DNA of 64,000 nucleotides from Veleropilina oligotropha (Eukaryota): NCBI GenBank assembly GCA_048128005.1, contig JBEUKZ010000071.1, positions 434,001 to 498,000 of the forward strand, read 5' to 3'. Shown piece by piece: positions 1 to 8,686 of this stretch (position 1 is its first letter; each line of letters starts with the position of its first letter). The notes under the pieces were generated by a model. It saw only the letters and a program-made list of their open reading frames with translations, ran no database searches and was not told where the DNA came from. The position numbers and the translations under genes were made by a program.

Positions 1-862
1 TGTAAACTTTTAGAGACCACACCGGGTCAGTAGCACGGCGATGACCCCCCTCCAGCTCACCATCGTAGTAAAGGTAGCGAACATCTACGTCAGAGGGGAG
101 TTTCTGTTCCTTCCCCTGTCGGCCTGGAACAGTGGCGCCTGGCTTTTGGGCAACGCGAGGTGCCTTGATGGCGTCCTTGGGCTTTTTACCGGTCAGCCTG
201 GTCACTTCCCCATTCAAGGCCGCAACTACAGCTGCTAACCGGGCGACCCACTCAGTTGACCTTTGACCCTCTTTCGCAGACTCTGCAAACCGCATCTCTG
301 TTGCATACTGGTGCCCGAAGAGCCGCTCAGCGAGCGTCCGGTTGAAGCGCTCCACAATGCCCTGATCGCGATGGATATCCACACGGCCACGCCTAACCTC
401 GACGTTATTCTTTGCCAGCAGCTGGGAAACCGCGCCCATAAACTCTCGCCCTGGATCGACTTGAAGCAGTTTCGGCCAGCCAAGAGGACTCCGCCTGTAG
501 ATTCGGGCTAGTGCTTCAGCAACCCCTTTGGCCTCTTTTGTGACCAGAGGCTCAGCCTCTTTAAAGCGACTGGCCACATCAACCACAGTCAAAGCGTACT
601 TATAGGTCTTGTGTCTGACCTTGTCATGGGGGAGAAACAGGAGGTCGGCTTGGTGAACCTCGTTTGGCGTTACGACGTCGAATTTTGGTCTTGGAATCCG
701 CCGTGGCGCAGGTAAATAGATCTGCCATATAGCCTGCCTCTTAAGCCATGTCCGGGCCTCCACTTCAGATGCCTTGGCAGCGTCAGCTAGTTTCTTTATC
801 GCGGCAATGCCTTTCCAGTAGCCCTTAGGGCTGTAGTACATCCTCGCAAGCTTACTATCCAT
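1..862 (-). CDS. Retroviral-like (rve, DDE) integrase, 3' end outside the window
   Basis: Manual translation from the ATG at 862 is open to the window edge: MDSKLARMYYSPKGYWKG...NEVHQADLLFL...YKYALTVVDVASRFKEAEPL...LLQVDPGREFMG...QGIVERFNRTLAERLF. The D-D-E triad is in the typical rve context. It is missing from the ORF track because there is no stop codon in the window. Confidence 0.95.
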   Translation of the reverse strand, partial: MDSKLARMYYSPKGYWKGIAAIKKLADAAKASEVEARTWLKRQAIWQIYLPAPRRIPRPKFDVVTPNEVHQADLLFLPHDKVRHKTYKYALTVVDVASRFKEAEPLVTKEAKGVAEALARIYRRSPLGWPKLLQVDPGREFMGAVSQLLAKNNVEVRRGRVDIHRDQGIVERFNRTLAERLFGHQYATEMRFAESAKEGQRSTEWVARLAAVVAALNGEVTRLTGKKPKDAIKAPRVAQKPGATVPGRQGKEQKLPSDVDVRYLYYDGELEGGHRRATDPVWSLKVY

Positions 863-1076
863 CAGCAATGTATTCCAGTAAACTGATCAGTCTCCAACAG
901 GCTTCAGCTTCCGGAGCCGGTCGCTGCGCAGTGGTCGCCCGTAGGTTGGTCGGGCCCGAGAGCACCAGGACCGCGAACCGCACCATAGTCTTTTCGTCGC
1001 GGCGCCAGCAGTCGAGTAACGTAGTACTATAGCCGACCGCAAGCATAGCGCAGTACAGCTCTTCTGGGAGCCCCAT
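855..1076 (-). CDS. Small hypothetical viral protein (73 aa from the first ATG)
   Basis: Fills the gap between neighbouring genes on the same strand, and its stop overlaps the integrase start (ATGGATAG). No motif recognised. Confidence 0.45.
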   Translation of the reverse strand: MGLPEELYCAMLAVGYSTTLLDCWRRDEKTMVRFAVLVLSGPTNLRATTAQRPAPEAEACWRLISLLEYIADG

Positions 1077-1117
1077 TACTATACCTGGCACACGAAAAAA
1101 ATGCCCACTGGAAATAA

Positions 1118-1546
1118 TTAGGCGAGCTTGTAGGCGACCAACCCGGTCGCAGCCATCCCGAGGATGATGAAGGTGATCTCACGTCCCTTCTGGGCATCGC
1201 TCGGTGTGTAGTAGTCAGACAGGGCGGGCTCAGGGCCACCCCCCAGGTCGGGGTCAAGGTTCTTGCCGGTGATCAATGCATACTCACGGATCGCGGCGTC
1301 AACATCCCGGAATGTGCCAACGGCATGACCCTGGCGGCGAAGTTCAACGTTCAGCCAGTCGAGACGCTCTGCCCTCTGTTGTGACCATTTAGTCTGAGCA
1401 GCGTTGAGCTGTTCTACAGCAATGTCGTGGCGTTTACGCTCCGCATCGACACCGGAGCTGCGTAGCTTCGAGAAGAGGAAGTTGGAGCCGCTGAAGGCGA
1501 GGGCGTTGACGAGAGCGCCCCCAACCAGCATCGCAATGGAAGCCAT
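1118..1546 (-). CDS. Viral protein with hydrophobic N-terminus, coiled-coil middle and C-terminal TM segment
   Basis: First ATG at 1546: MASIAMLVGGALVNALAFSGSNFLFSKL...ERKRHDIAVEQLNAAQ...ITFIILGMAATGLVAYKLA. Confidence 0.8.
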   Translation of the reverse strand: MASIAMLVGGALVNALAFSGSNFLFSKLRSSGVDAERKRHDIAVEQLNAAQTKWSQQRAERLDWLNVELRRQGHAVGTFRDVDAAIREYALITGKNLDPDLGGGPEPALSDYYTPSDAQKGREITFIILGMAATGLVAYKLA

Positions 1547-1577
1547 TGAAATGCTGCGATTATCTAGCAAGGTCCCA

Positions 1578-1817
1578 CTACTTCAATATATCGGCCGGAA
1601 TGATGCCTTGCTTGATCAGCATGTCTTTCGTCGCCATGGCGAGCGATACGTCGAGGACGACCATCCCGACATCGTACCCCGTGAAGTCCAGTTTGGGGCT
1701 CGCTCCCTTGAATACCATCTTTGTCAGGCGTGCGTAGCCTATGGCGAGGCCTGACACTATAGCGGCGTGGTATACAGCGTTGCCGAGCATCTTTCCATCA
1801 GTGATTGGGGTAGTCAT
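1578..1817 (-). CDS. Small hydrophobic/amphipathic viral protein (79 aa)
   Basis: ATG-initiated, tiles between its neighbours, and has two hydrophobic stretches (AVYHAAIVSGLAIGYA; VGMVVLDVSLAMA). Confidence 0.75.
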   Translation of the reverse strand: MTTPITDGKMLGNAVYHAAIVSGLAIGYARLTKMVFKGASPKLDFTGYDVGMVVLDVSLAMATKDMLIKQGIIPADILK

Positions 1818-1853
1818 AACTGTTGAGTACTATAGAAATGCTACCGTTTGCGA

Positions 1854-2345
1854 CTATTGCATATGAAAAGGGTTCTGCTTCTTCAATTCGATAGTGGGGG
1901 CGGCCCGAGAGCACCGAGCGTCCGCGTCTGGTGGTTGTTGATGTGGTGTGGATGGACCAGGGTTGCTGCGTTCTGAGGACGTCTTCCAGACAACAAATAC
2001 CAACGCAACCGTACCGGCAGCGACGGCTACCTGGGTCCAATTAAATGGGTCCGATTTCCGTGTATCTGGCGCACACGGTCTTTCTGCGGCTGGAACCGCC
2101 TCCCCGGGCTGTTCTGATGGAACGACAACACTTGTTGGGGCACTCAGGTCTTCTTTCATGTTTCGAACCGCGGCCAGTAGCTTCTCCTGCTTGGCTTTTC
2201 GAGCAGCAGCGCCGGCCCGACCTGCAGCCACTTTTTTCGGGTCCTTTTTACTCACTGATGAGTCCGTCGAAGAAGTCACCCTCTCTATCGGCTGGCTCTC
2301 GATCGGCTGTCTCTCGATCACTTGGTCCACTTCCGGCGTTGTCAT
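1854..2345 (-). CDS. Viral protein with a basic Lys/Ala-rich motif and a TM segment
   Basis: KKDPKKVAAGRAGAAARKAKQEKLL followed by VAVAAGTVALVFVVWK. The start is uncertain (ATG at 2345 or 2375). Confidence 0.7.
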   Translation of the reverse strand: MTTPEVDQVIERQPIESQPIERVTSSTDSSVSKKDPKKVAAGRAGAAARKAKQEKLLAAVRNMKEDLSAPTSVVVPSEQPGEAVPAAERPCAPDTRKSDPFNWTQVAVAAGTVALVFVVWKTSSERSNPGPSTPHQQPPDADARCSRAAPTIELKKQNPFHMQ

Positions 2346-3009
2346 CTTGATCTGGTATCTTAGGCGGGCAAACATGTCCAAATTGGCAGTGCTTAGCCGT
2401 GGTCAACGCTGCGGTCAGCGGTGCGAGGTACATGCCATATTTATAATACAGCTCACAGCTTGCAGTGGTCAGGGCATGTGAGATGAACGGGTCGGCCTCG
2501 AGATCAGCGATCAGTCGTAGCTGGTTTGCTGGTGGAATGGGCAGGAACATCCCAGCTGCACCCGCATACAGCTGTATAGCAGCGGCCCCGAGGGTCTTCG
2601 TCATGTCAGCACCTAGCTTCGCTTCATACCGTGCGTGGTGTTTCTCAACCTCGTCGTCAGTCATATCGTCGATTCGGTCCACTGTGAGGTTACGCCCCAT
2701 GTATCGGTGGGCCTGTCCTCCAACGGCTAATGCTGCAAGCCTCTCCCGTTTCTTTGCCATCCCTATGGAGCCAGTTTCGGGTTCCTCGTGCTGCGAGCAG
2801 CGTTTGGTCGTCGAGCGGGGTGAGCTGCTGCTCACGGTCGTTTCTTCCTCGTCATCCATGAGTTGATCGATGAGGCTGTCCATCCTTAAGCGTTTCCAAC
2901 ATCTCCTCGCCAGTCTAATATAGCGATAATGCCAATACCACAACGTTACGAGTAGCAACAAGATCAGGCCCTGGCTGAAAGCAAAAGCTATGTATACCGC
3001 GTCCGACAT
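2248..3009 (-). CDS. Hypothetical viral protein (253 aa) with N-terminal hydrophobic segment
   Basis: Long ATG-initiated ORF collinear with the ATPase and capsid genes. An internal start at MDSLIDQL is possible. Confidence 0.75.
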   Translation of the reverse strand: MSDAVYIAFAFSQGLILLLLVTLWYWHYRYIRLARRCWKRLRMDSLIDQLMDDEEETTVSSSSPRSTTKRCSQHEEPETGSIGMAKKRERLAALAVGGQAHRYMGRNLTVDRIDDMTDDEVEKHHARYEAKLGADMTKTLGAAAIQLYAGAAGMFLPIPPANQLRLIADLEADPFISHALTTASCELYYKYGMYLAPLTAALTTAKHCQFGHVCPPKIPDQDDNAGSGPSDRETADREPADREGDFFDGLISE

Positions 3010-3062
3010 GCCTAGCTAGCTAAGTAGCTGCTAAGTAGATGTTAGGGCTAGCCAAGTAGCTG

Positions 3063-3695
3063 CTAAAGCACACTATAAGCAACGGGCTGATCAGTTTTCA
3101 ACAGAAGCTTAGCGTGTCGTGTCTCGGACAACAGCCGGCGAACCGCGGTCCGTTCATCCTGCGACGGGATTACATCGTTCTCGCGCAGACAGTCCTCGAA
3201 ACTGTCGCGGTCCTTGCAATGGAACAGCGCGACCCAGCGGGTCTGCTCTCTGAGCTCCTTCAAGACCGAGTTGTACTTTTGCGTCACTACCCATACGCTC
3301 TGGGAAGCATGCCTGCCGCTGAAGGCCAACAAAGTCAGCATGTCCCGTTTCTTTGCCATAGCCTTGCTGGCGGCGCAGTCGTCGATTATGTACAGAGTCG
3401 ACTCCCCCTGAAACAGCCGGTAGAACCCCCGCAGCCAGTCATGGAGTCGCTCACCCGGGGGGACTAAATACACCTCAGGGTCGGTCCAGATCCACGGACA
3501 AGACTGGTATGCTTTGTTGTACTTGATCGTGGGGCAGAGGATCACGATATGCCGGAAGACGCCTCGATACTCCCCTTCCAGCAGTTCAAGCATGAAAACC
3601 GTCTTCCCACAACCGGTCTGGCCGCAGATGATTGCGGAGTGGGGGTCCTTGGTGTGCGGAAATCGTTTAGTACAGTGCTTCGACGAATCGGCCAT
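3063..3695 (-). CDS. A32/FtsK-HerA family genome packaging ATPase
   Basis: Walker A GQTGCGKT, Walker B LYIIDD, and the GRH...hhhTQ motif (SGRHASQSVWVVTQ) typical of packaging ATPases of PRD1-adenovirus-lineage viruses. Confidence 0.93.
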   Translation of the reverse strand: MADSSKHCTKRFPHTKDPHSAIICGQTGCGKTVFMLELLEGEYRGVFRHIVILCPTIKYNKAYQSCPWIWTDPEVYLVPPGERLHDWLRGFYRLFQGESTLYIIDDCAASKAMAKKRDMLTLLAFSGRHASQSVWVVTQKYNSVLKELREQTRWVALFHCKDRDSFEDCLRENDVIPSQDERTAVRRLLSETRHAKLLLKTDQPVAYSVL

Positions 3696-4968
3696 TCTCG
3701 ATATTCAGCTGTGCGTCCATGATCACGAACTCGTAGACGTTCAGTGGACCGGCCGCTTCGGCTGTTTTAGTGATCTGAATAGTAATGCCTTCGCTGGCGT
3801 TCTCGACCCTCCGGCCTGACCCGTGCAACTGATCGTCGTCAGTTACCCGCATATCGATCCAGAGCGCAAATTTCTTAGTCAGAAACTCGCCCAGGGTGAC
3901 GTCTGCCAACGCTAAGTCCTTTGCGACCATCGCGACCTCAGGATGCCGCTTGCTGCAGCCGGAGGCGAACATTTTCTTGGCTTCTTCCCAGATCTGGTAT
4001 GTTCGCATGCCCTGGCTGTAGATTTGATTCGGGACACCCTCGATTGTGACCTCGACCTTTGTGATCTTCGGATTATAGAAGGCCTCAGTATCGCGAGAGA
4101 ATGGCGCGGCGTCTCTCGCAGGGTCCTCGAACAACAGTAGTATTCCTTTCATCGACCTCGCCGGTACGTTCACATTCATATTCCACAACGAGTCGCTCTT
4201 GTCTAGGGTGAGCTTCCGATGCCGGAGAACACGGTCGTACAGGATTACGAGTTGACCCTGGTATTGATTTCGAATCCGTCTGGCAAGCTCGGATTGGGTT
4301 ACCATGTCATATTCGAGGGATATATTGTCGATGGAATAGCTGGAACCGGAGTCGTCCGTCTCCCGGATAGTCCGGGAGTAGTCGTTGAACGTTAGCTCAT
4401 ACTCGAGACGGTCTCCAAGGGCGCTTTGATAGAATGGCATGTGACTTTCCAACAGCTCGAAATCCAGCGGGATGCGGAATCGGTTACCGTACGCGGCCGC
4501 GACCGCGACATCCTCAGACAGTCTAAAGGCGTCTGCCGCGCCAACACGATGCTTCGTAGTGTTGTGTCCATCGCTGGTATCAATCCCCTGGTACTGGGCG
4601 TTCTTGCGCTCCCCGGTGGTCTTCCAGAGATCGCAGTAGCAGTGGTACACGTCGGAGTCGTCAATCGACATGATCTCGTTTCCACTTATCTTTATCGTGG
4701 TCTTTCTGATCACGGCACGGCCGATATTTTGCACTACAGTCCTATTCGCATTTACCGAGGTCAGAGAGATGGTAAATGCGAGGTGGGCAGTCCCTGGAAC
4801 GATCACGTCATTCGCCCCGAGATTAGGGAACCGAACCAGGAGCTGCTGGTTCGGGGCAATCGTTGATGGATTGTTTGTAATCGTGACCGACTGGCGGATG
4901 CCCTTGACTGCGAGGGGCTCACGCAGCCTGCGGTATGGATTAAGCTTGCGTCCGTATACGCTAGTCAT
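3667..4968 (-). CDS. Putative double jelly-roll major capsid protein (433 aa from the ATG at 4968)
   Basis: Suitable size, alternating beta-strand pattern (IRKTTIKISGNEIMSIDD; YSIDNISLEYDMV; KITKVEVTIEGVPNQIY) and position next to the packaging ATPase. The track start at 5004 is TTG; the first ATG is at 4968. Confidence 0.8.
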   Translation of the reverse strand: MTSVYGRKLNPYRRLREPLAVKGIRQSVTITNNPSTIAPNQQLLVRFPNLGANDVIVPGTAHLAFTISLTSVNANRTVVQNIGRAVIRKTTIKISGNEIMSIDDSDVYHCYCDLWKTTGERKNAQYQGIDTSDGHNTTKHRVGAADAFRLSEDVAVAAAYGNRFRIPLDFELLESHMPFYQSALGDRLEYELTFNDYSRTIRETDDSGSSYSIDNISLEYDMVTQSELARRIRNQYQGQLVILYDRVLRHRKLTLDKSDSLWNMNVNVPARSMKGILLLFEDPARDAAPFSRDTEAFYNPKITKVEVTIEGVPNQIYSQGMRTYQIWEEAKKMFASGCSKRHPEVAMVAKDLALADVTLGEFLTKKFALWIDMRVTDDDQLHGSGRRVENASEGITIQITKTAEAAGPLNVYEFVIMDAQLNIENGRFVEALY

Positions 4969-5004
4969 GGCTGAATTAGATGCGTATCCCACTGATGTAT
5001 TCAA

Positions 5005-6318
5005 ATGGCGGAATTCGAGAACCCCGCATTCGAGCCGGACGATCTCATCGACAACGATGATACCATCATCGACGATACTGATGTGGATCTATCCACCGAC
5101 CGGTTTATGCCTGTTCTTTCGGAACGGCCACAGGAAGGAACCAGCAGTCTTCAGCAAGAGCTCGTTCAGGGCGTGGTTGACGACTACTACAAAGCCCTGG
5201 CACAGGAGGGGCTGACCCCCGCGGCAGGGCGAGATTATTCAAAATTCAAGTATGTGAGGGGAAAATTAGGGCGGGGTGGAAAATTGGTGATGACGGACTA
5301 CCCCGACATCAATCTCATAAATTCTCGCACCGGCAACCCCTTGGCGTTGTCAACAATAGCTGGCCGGCCTGGTGGGGGTGATGCAATCCGTGAAGGGTTG
5401 GGTTTTGTACACTGGACGCGGGGGGAAAAAAAGCTGGCCTCAAAAGCGGTTGCAGTTCTTCAGGCAGCCGACACTGAGTTGAGCGGTGCGGCCGCTAATG
5501 TCGAAAACGTAGAACTGCGGGACTTGGGGCAGACTGCTACTGATGCCTCGGTAGCAATCCACACGATGGAGACGAAATTCACTGATACCGAGGTTGAAGA
5601 GATCTTAGGCACAATGGGGGACCCTCCATTAAATCTTCGCGAGCTTCGCGGACTTGACAAGGCGATGCAGACCATCCGAGGCGAACTAACCAACAATCTA
5701 GCCAAACTAACGGCGCTGGATGAACACATAGAGCTGGAGAAGATGAAGCTCGATCAGGCAGATGAAGAGGGCGGTGTGGATGAGTTCATCCGTCGACGGA
5801 TCGCGGAACGTCTGCGCGACCTGAATGATGAAAGAGCAGCTCGCCTAGAGGCAGCCTCATCAAGCCGGGAGGCCCTTCGCTCTCAAATCAGCCGGATCCG
5901 AGAGATGATAAGTCGGATCCTGAACACCGACACAACGCTGGCCGAGCGTATCCGGACCCTGTTCCGCGAGCAAGGGGTTACGATCGCAACAATACTGACC
6001 GCTATCGGGCTCGCCATCTCGACTTTGGTACTAGCCCTGACAGGTGGAGCGCCGAGCATACCACCAACACCACCACCTCCCAGTGGTCAGGGCGGGGTCA
6101 AGGAGTGGGTAAAAAAGCAGCTGAAGACCCTGGGTCGGATTCTAGGCAAACTAGCAGGGAAGGCCGCAGCCGCGCTCCCAGGAATACTTGGAAGCCTGGT
6201 CTCCTGGCTAATCAACCTGATTGGCAAGACAGCATCGTGGCTCGCTGAAAACCTATGGGCACTGGTCATATCAGTTGGGGGCTTGCTTCTTATTGCCGCT
6301 AGACAGTGGGTCACGTAA
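5005..6318 (+). CDS. Viral coiled-coil protein with C-terminal membrane segments (437 aa)
   Basis: Acidic N-terminus, long heptad-rich region, TM segment VTIATILTAIGLAISTLVLALTGG, Pro-rich linker, then amphipathic and hydrophobic C-terminal helices. Confidence 0.85.
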   Translation: MAEFENPAFEPDDLIDNDDTIIDDTDVDLSTDRFMPVLSERPQEGTSSLQQELVQGVVDDYYKALAQEGLTPAAGRDYSKFKYVRGKLGRGGKLVMTDYPDINLINSRTGNPLALSTIAGRPGGGDAIREGLGFVHWTRGEKKLASKAVAVLQAADTELSGAAANVENVELRDLGQTATDASVAIHTMETKFTDTEVEEILGTMGDPPLNLRELRGLDKAMQTIRGELTNNLAKLTALDEHIELEKMKLDQADEEGGVDEFIRRRIAERLRDLNDERAARLEAASSSREALRSQISRIREMISRILNTDTTLAERIRTLFREQGVTIATILTAIGLAISTLVLALTGGAPSIPPTPPPPSGQGGVKEWVKKQLKTLGRILGKLAGKAAAALPGILGSLVSWLINLIGKTASWLAENLWALVISVGGLLLIAARQWVT

Positions 6319-7594
6319 GCCAAATAAACGCTAGACCAACGACAATGCCGCCCACGATAAGTGCGGTTTTCTCCTCGTCATGTGCCGCTGGAACAGCCGC
6401 CACTGAGGCCACAGCTGGCAGAGAGCTTGGATGCTTCGGAGTAACTACCGGTATGCTTGCATCTGCGTCTTGTGGAATAACCAGTCCTGTTTCTCCAGTA
6501 TCCCCAGTGGCGTTGTGCGGCACAGGATTGGCCGCGTTCACCGTAGTATTAAGACCGAGTGTCTGGTCTTCCGTGGCGACGACGATCTCATTGTTATAAC
6601 CAGCCACCTGCCCGATCCGTAGAAGCATGTTACTTGGCGCCATGTACAGGCCAACGCCGAATACGAAGTCCACTTTGGACCTCGCATACTGGAGCACCTC
6701 TTGGTACCGTTTGATGGCTGCTGGGAGGTCAACGGGGGATGCGATGGCGTCTTCCACGTTCGCCAGGAACTGTTTCTGTGCGTCAAACGCCGTCCCACTA
6801 CCCAGAATACTTGCACGCGTTTGAGCCTGCGCTCCAAGAATAGCCCAGACGTAGGTCCTGATGGAATCATTGAGCCTCTCCACGCCGGCCTGGGTGAATC
6901 CCACCGACCTGTCCAGAATAAAAGTAGCCCAACCGTTTTTAAGCGCAGGCGCTTGCGCGATGTAGTCCACGTGCAGATTCGTGTTGGTCGTACCTTTGGT
7001 GAAGGACATTCGGCTTGGATCATAGTCACGTCCGATGGGGTGGTAGCCGTTGTTCGTCCAGTAGCTGTAAGCGGTGCCTAGTCCGCCGTTGGGACCCTTG
7101 ACACGCCAGTCGGTATGGGGAGACACCCCAAATTCGCTGCAGATCTTCTCATATGCCCTGCGGTCATACGGGTTGTCGAATGCATCCCACGTCCGGTCCT
7201 GTGGCAGCGGCGCCTGAATTTCGGATAAGATTCGTCTGACCTGATAGTAGACGTGGAAGGTGAATACAGCAGTGGAGAGGGGGTCGGTCGCATTTAAGTG
7301 GTCTTCTGAGGAGATTCCGGAACCTGTTGTGGCACACCAAACTGCGAAATTGACCTTGTTCTGCCAGAACCTCATCGGCGTGCTGTTCCAATCCCTTATC
7401 AGCCCGTCACTAGCGACATGAGGGAGGCGGTATTTCTGAAAGACGTCAGGGTATGTTGCCCCGAATGTAGTGGTTGAGCTATTACCCACATTGATGCTTG
7501 GTCTCGTAAGCTGCTCATCTTTGATCTTTGCTGGGTACACCACACCGGTCGGATAGGCCGCACTCCTATTAAACGCAAAGGCGCTCTTAGCCAT
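6311..7594 (-). CDS. Hypothetical viral protein with C-terminal TM anchor (427 aa)
   Basis: Long ATG ORF ending EEKTALIVGGIVVGLAFIWLT. It overlaps the stop of the 5005-6318 ORF tail to tail. Confidence 0.85.
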   Translation of the reverse strand: MAKSAFAFNRSAAYPTGVVYPAKIKDEQLTRPSINVGNSSTTTFGATYPDVFQKYRLPHVASDGLIRDWNSTPMRFWQNKVNFAVWCATTGSGISSEDHLNATDPLSTAVFTFHVYYQVRRILSEIQAPLPQDRTWDAFDNPYDRRAYEKICSEFGVSPHTDWRVKGPNGGLGTAYSYWTNNGYHPIGRDYDPSRMSFTKGTTNTNLHVDYIAQAPALKNGWATFILDRSVGFTQAGVERLNDSIRTYVWAILGAQAQTRASILGSGTAFDAQKQFLANVEDAIASPVDLPAAIKRYQEVLQYARSKVDFVFGVGLYMAPSNMLLRIGQVAGYNNEIVVATEDQTLGLNTTVNAANPVPHNATGDTGETGLVIPQDADASIPVVTPKHPSSLPAVASVAAVPAAHDEEKTALIVGGIVVGLAFIWLT

Positions 7595-7601
7595 AGCTAC
7601 T

Positions 7602-8342
7602 ATGTTTCACACATTAACAAACGTTCAAGAGGGGACCGCGGTTGCCCTCCTGGAGCCGATTGATAACCGGGACGGCAAGCTATGTGTCAGCTTGCAGTCG
7701 CTCGACTATTGGGTAGGCTGGCACAACGTGCATGCCGGAGCCTTCTTTAAGACCCCGGATACCACGGTCGACGTGGCACCAGGTTTCTACAGCTTCGATG
7801 ACCTCGCCAAGACGATGAAGAGGTCGCTAGTTAACCTACAACTAGATGTAAGCCATGCTACAGGGCTCGCCCGAATCGTGGTCCCAGAGGGGACTCGACT
7901 CGCGATAAGTGACGATATACGAAAACTCCTCGGCTTAGACCTCTCTTCGTTTATTCTCGATAAAGCAGGGAATCTGAACCCACCGGTTCGGGGAGTACAG
8001 GGCCAACCACCTCCCCCTCCGGAGAGATCCGAGTGGCTACGCCCTGGGACTTATGACGGGAATAAGCCTGTCGGGTTTGCCATAGCGCCAACCCTGCACG
8101 TTCACCTGGAGCAGCTTAGTACAACGCACAATGTGCAGGACGGCGCCCCGAGCACTATTCTCGCGGTGGTCCCTATCACGTCGCAGATGTTCGGTGAAGC
8201 TGGCCACTATCATAGCTATCCCGCCGGCCGGCGACTACAGGCCGGGCTAATCACAGAGTTGAAGGTTTACATCACAGACTCAGATGGTAAACCGCTCGAC
8301 AATCACGGTATGCCTATTTCCGCAGTCCTTGCGATACAATGA
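7602..8342 (+). CDS. Putative minor capsid protein (penton, single jelly-roll)
   Basis: 246 aa and beta-rich. The C-terminal ITELKVYITDSDGKPLDNHGMPISAVLAI and internal PGFYSFDDL resemble Polinton penton motifs. Confidence 0.78.
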   Translation: MFHTLTNVQEGTAVALLEPIDNRDGKLCVSLQSLDYWVGWHNVHAGAFFKTPDTTVDVAPGFYSFDDLAKTMKRSLVNLQLDVSHATGLARIVVPEGTRLAISDDIRKLLGLDLSSFILDKAGNLNPPVRGVQGQPPPPPERSEWLRPGTYDGNKPVGFAIAPTLHVHLEQLSTTHNVQDGAPSTILAVVPITSQMFGEAGHYHSYPAGRRLQAGLITELKVYITDSDGKPLDNHGMPISAVLAIQ

Positions 8343-8686
8343 GCAGCATCTACGGGACCCTGCTTGCAGACGAGCCCTCTTCCCCGACCCGGTGGCACTT
8401 TGTCCTTAATTGTGGGGTAGCGCCCAATAAGGGGCTGGCGAGGAGGGAGTTCATGTTTCCAAACACTAGAGGTCGGTTCGGGTTGAACCCAGCCCTTCTA
8501 ATGATCCACCTGACGCCGGTCCAGCCGGCCGGGGGCCCCAAGGCATGTTCCATAAGTAAACTCAGCCTGGATTCGGATAAGTTAACCCTCGCCTTTGTCA
8601 TCAAGGCCCCGTGGGTCGGCACTCTGTATTTGAACGTTACAGTAGACATTTTAAACAAACAGGCGGAACAATACAGCCACGTATGA
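8339..8686 (+). CDS. Small beta-rich viral protein (115 aa), possibly structural
   Basis: Coupled to both neighbours by ATGA start/stop overlaps (8339-8342 and 8683-8686). Confidence 0.65.
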   Translation: MSSIYGTLLADEPSSPTRWHFVLNCGVAPNKGLARREFMFPNTRGRFGLNPALLMIHLTPVQPAGGPKACSISKLSLDSDKLTLAFVIKAPWVGTLYLNVTVDILNKQAEQYSHV

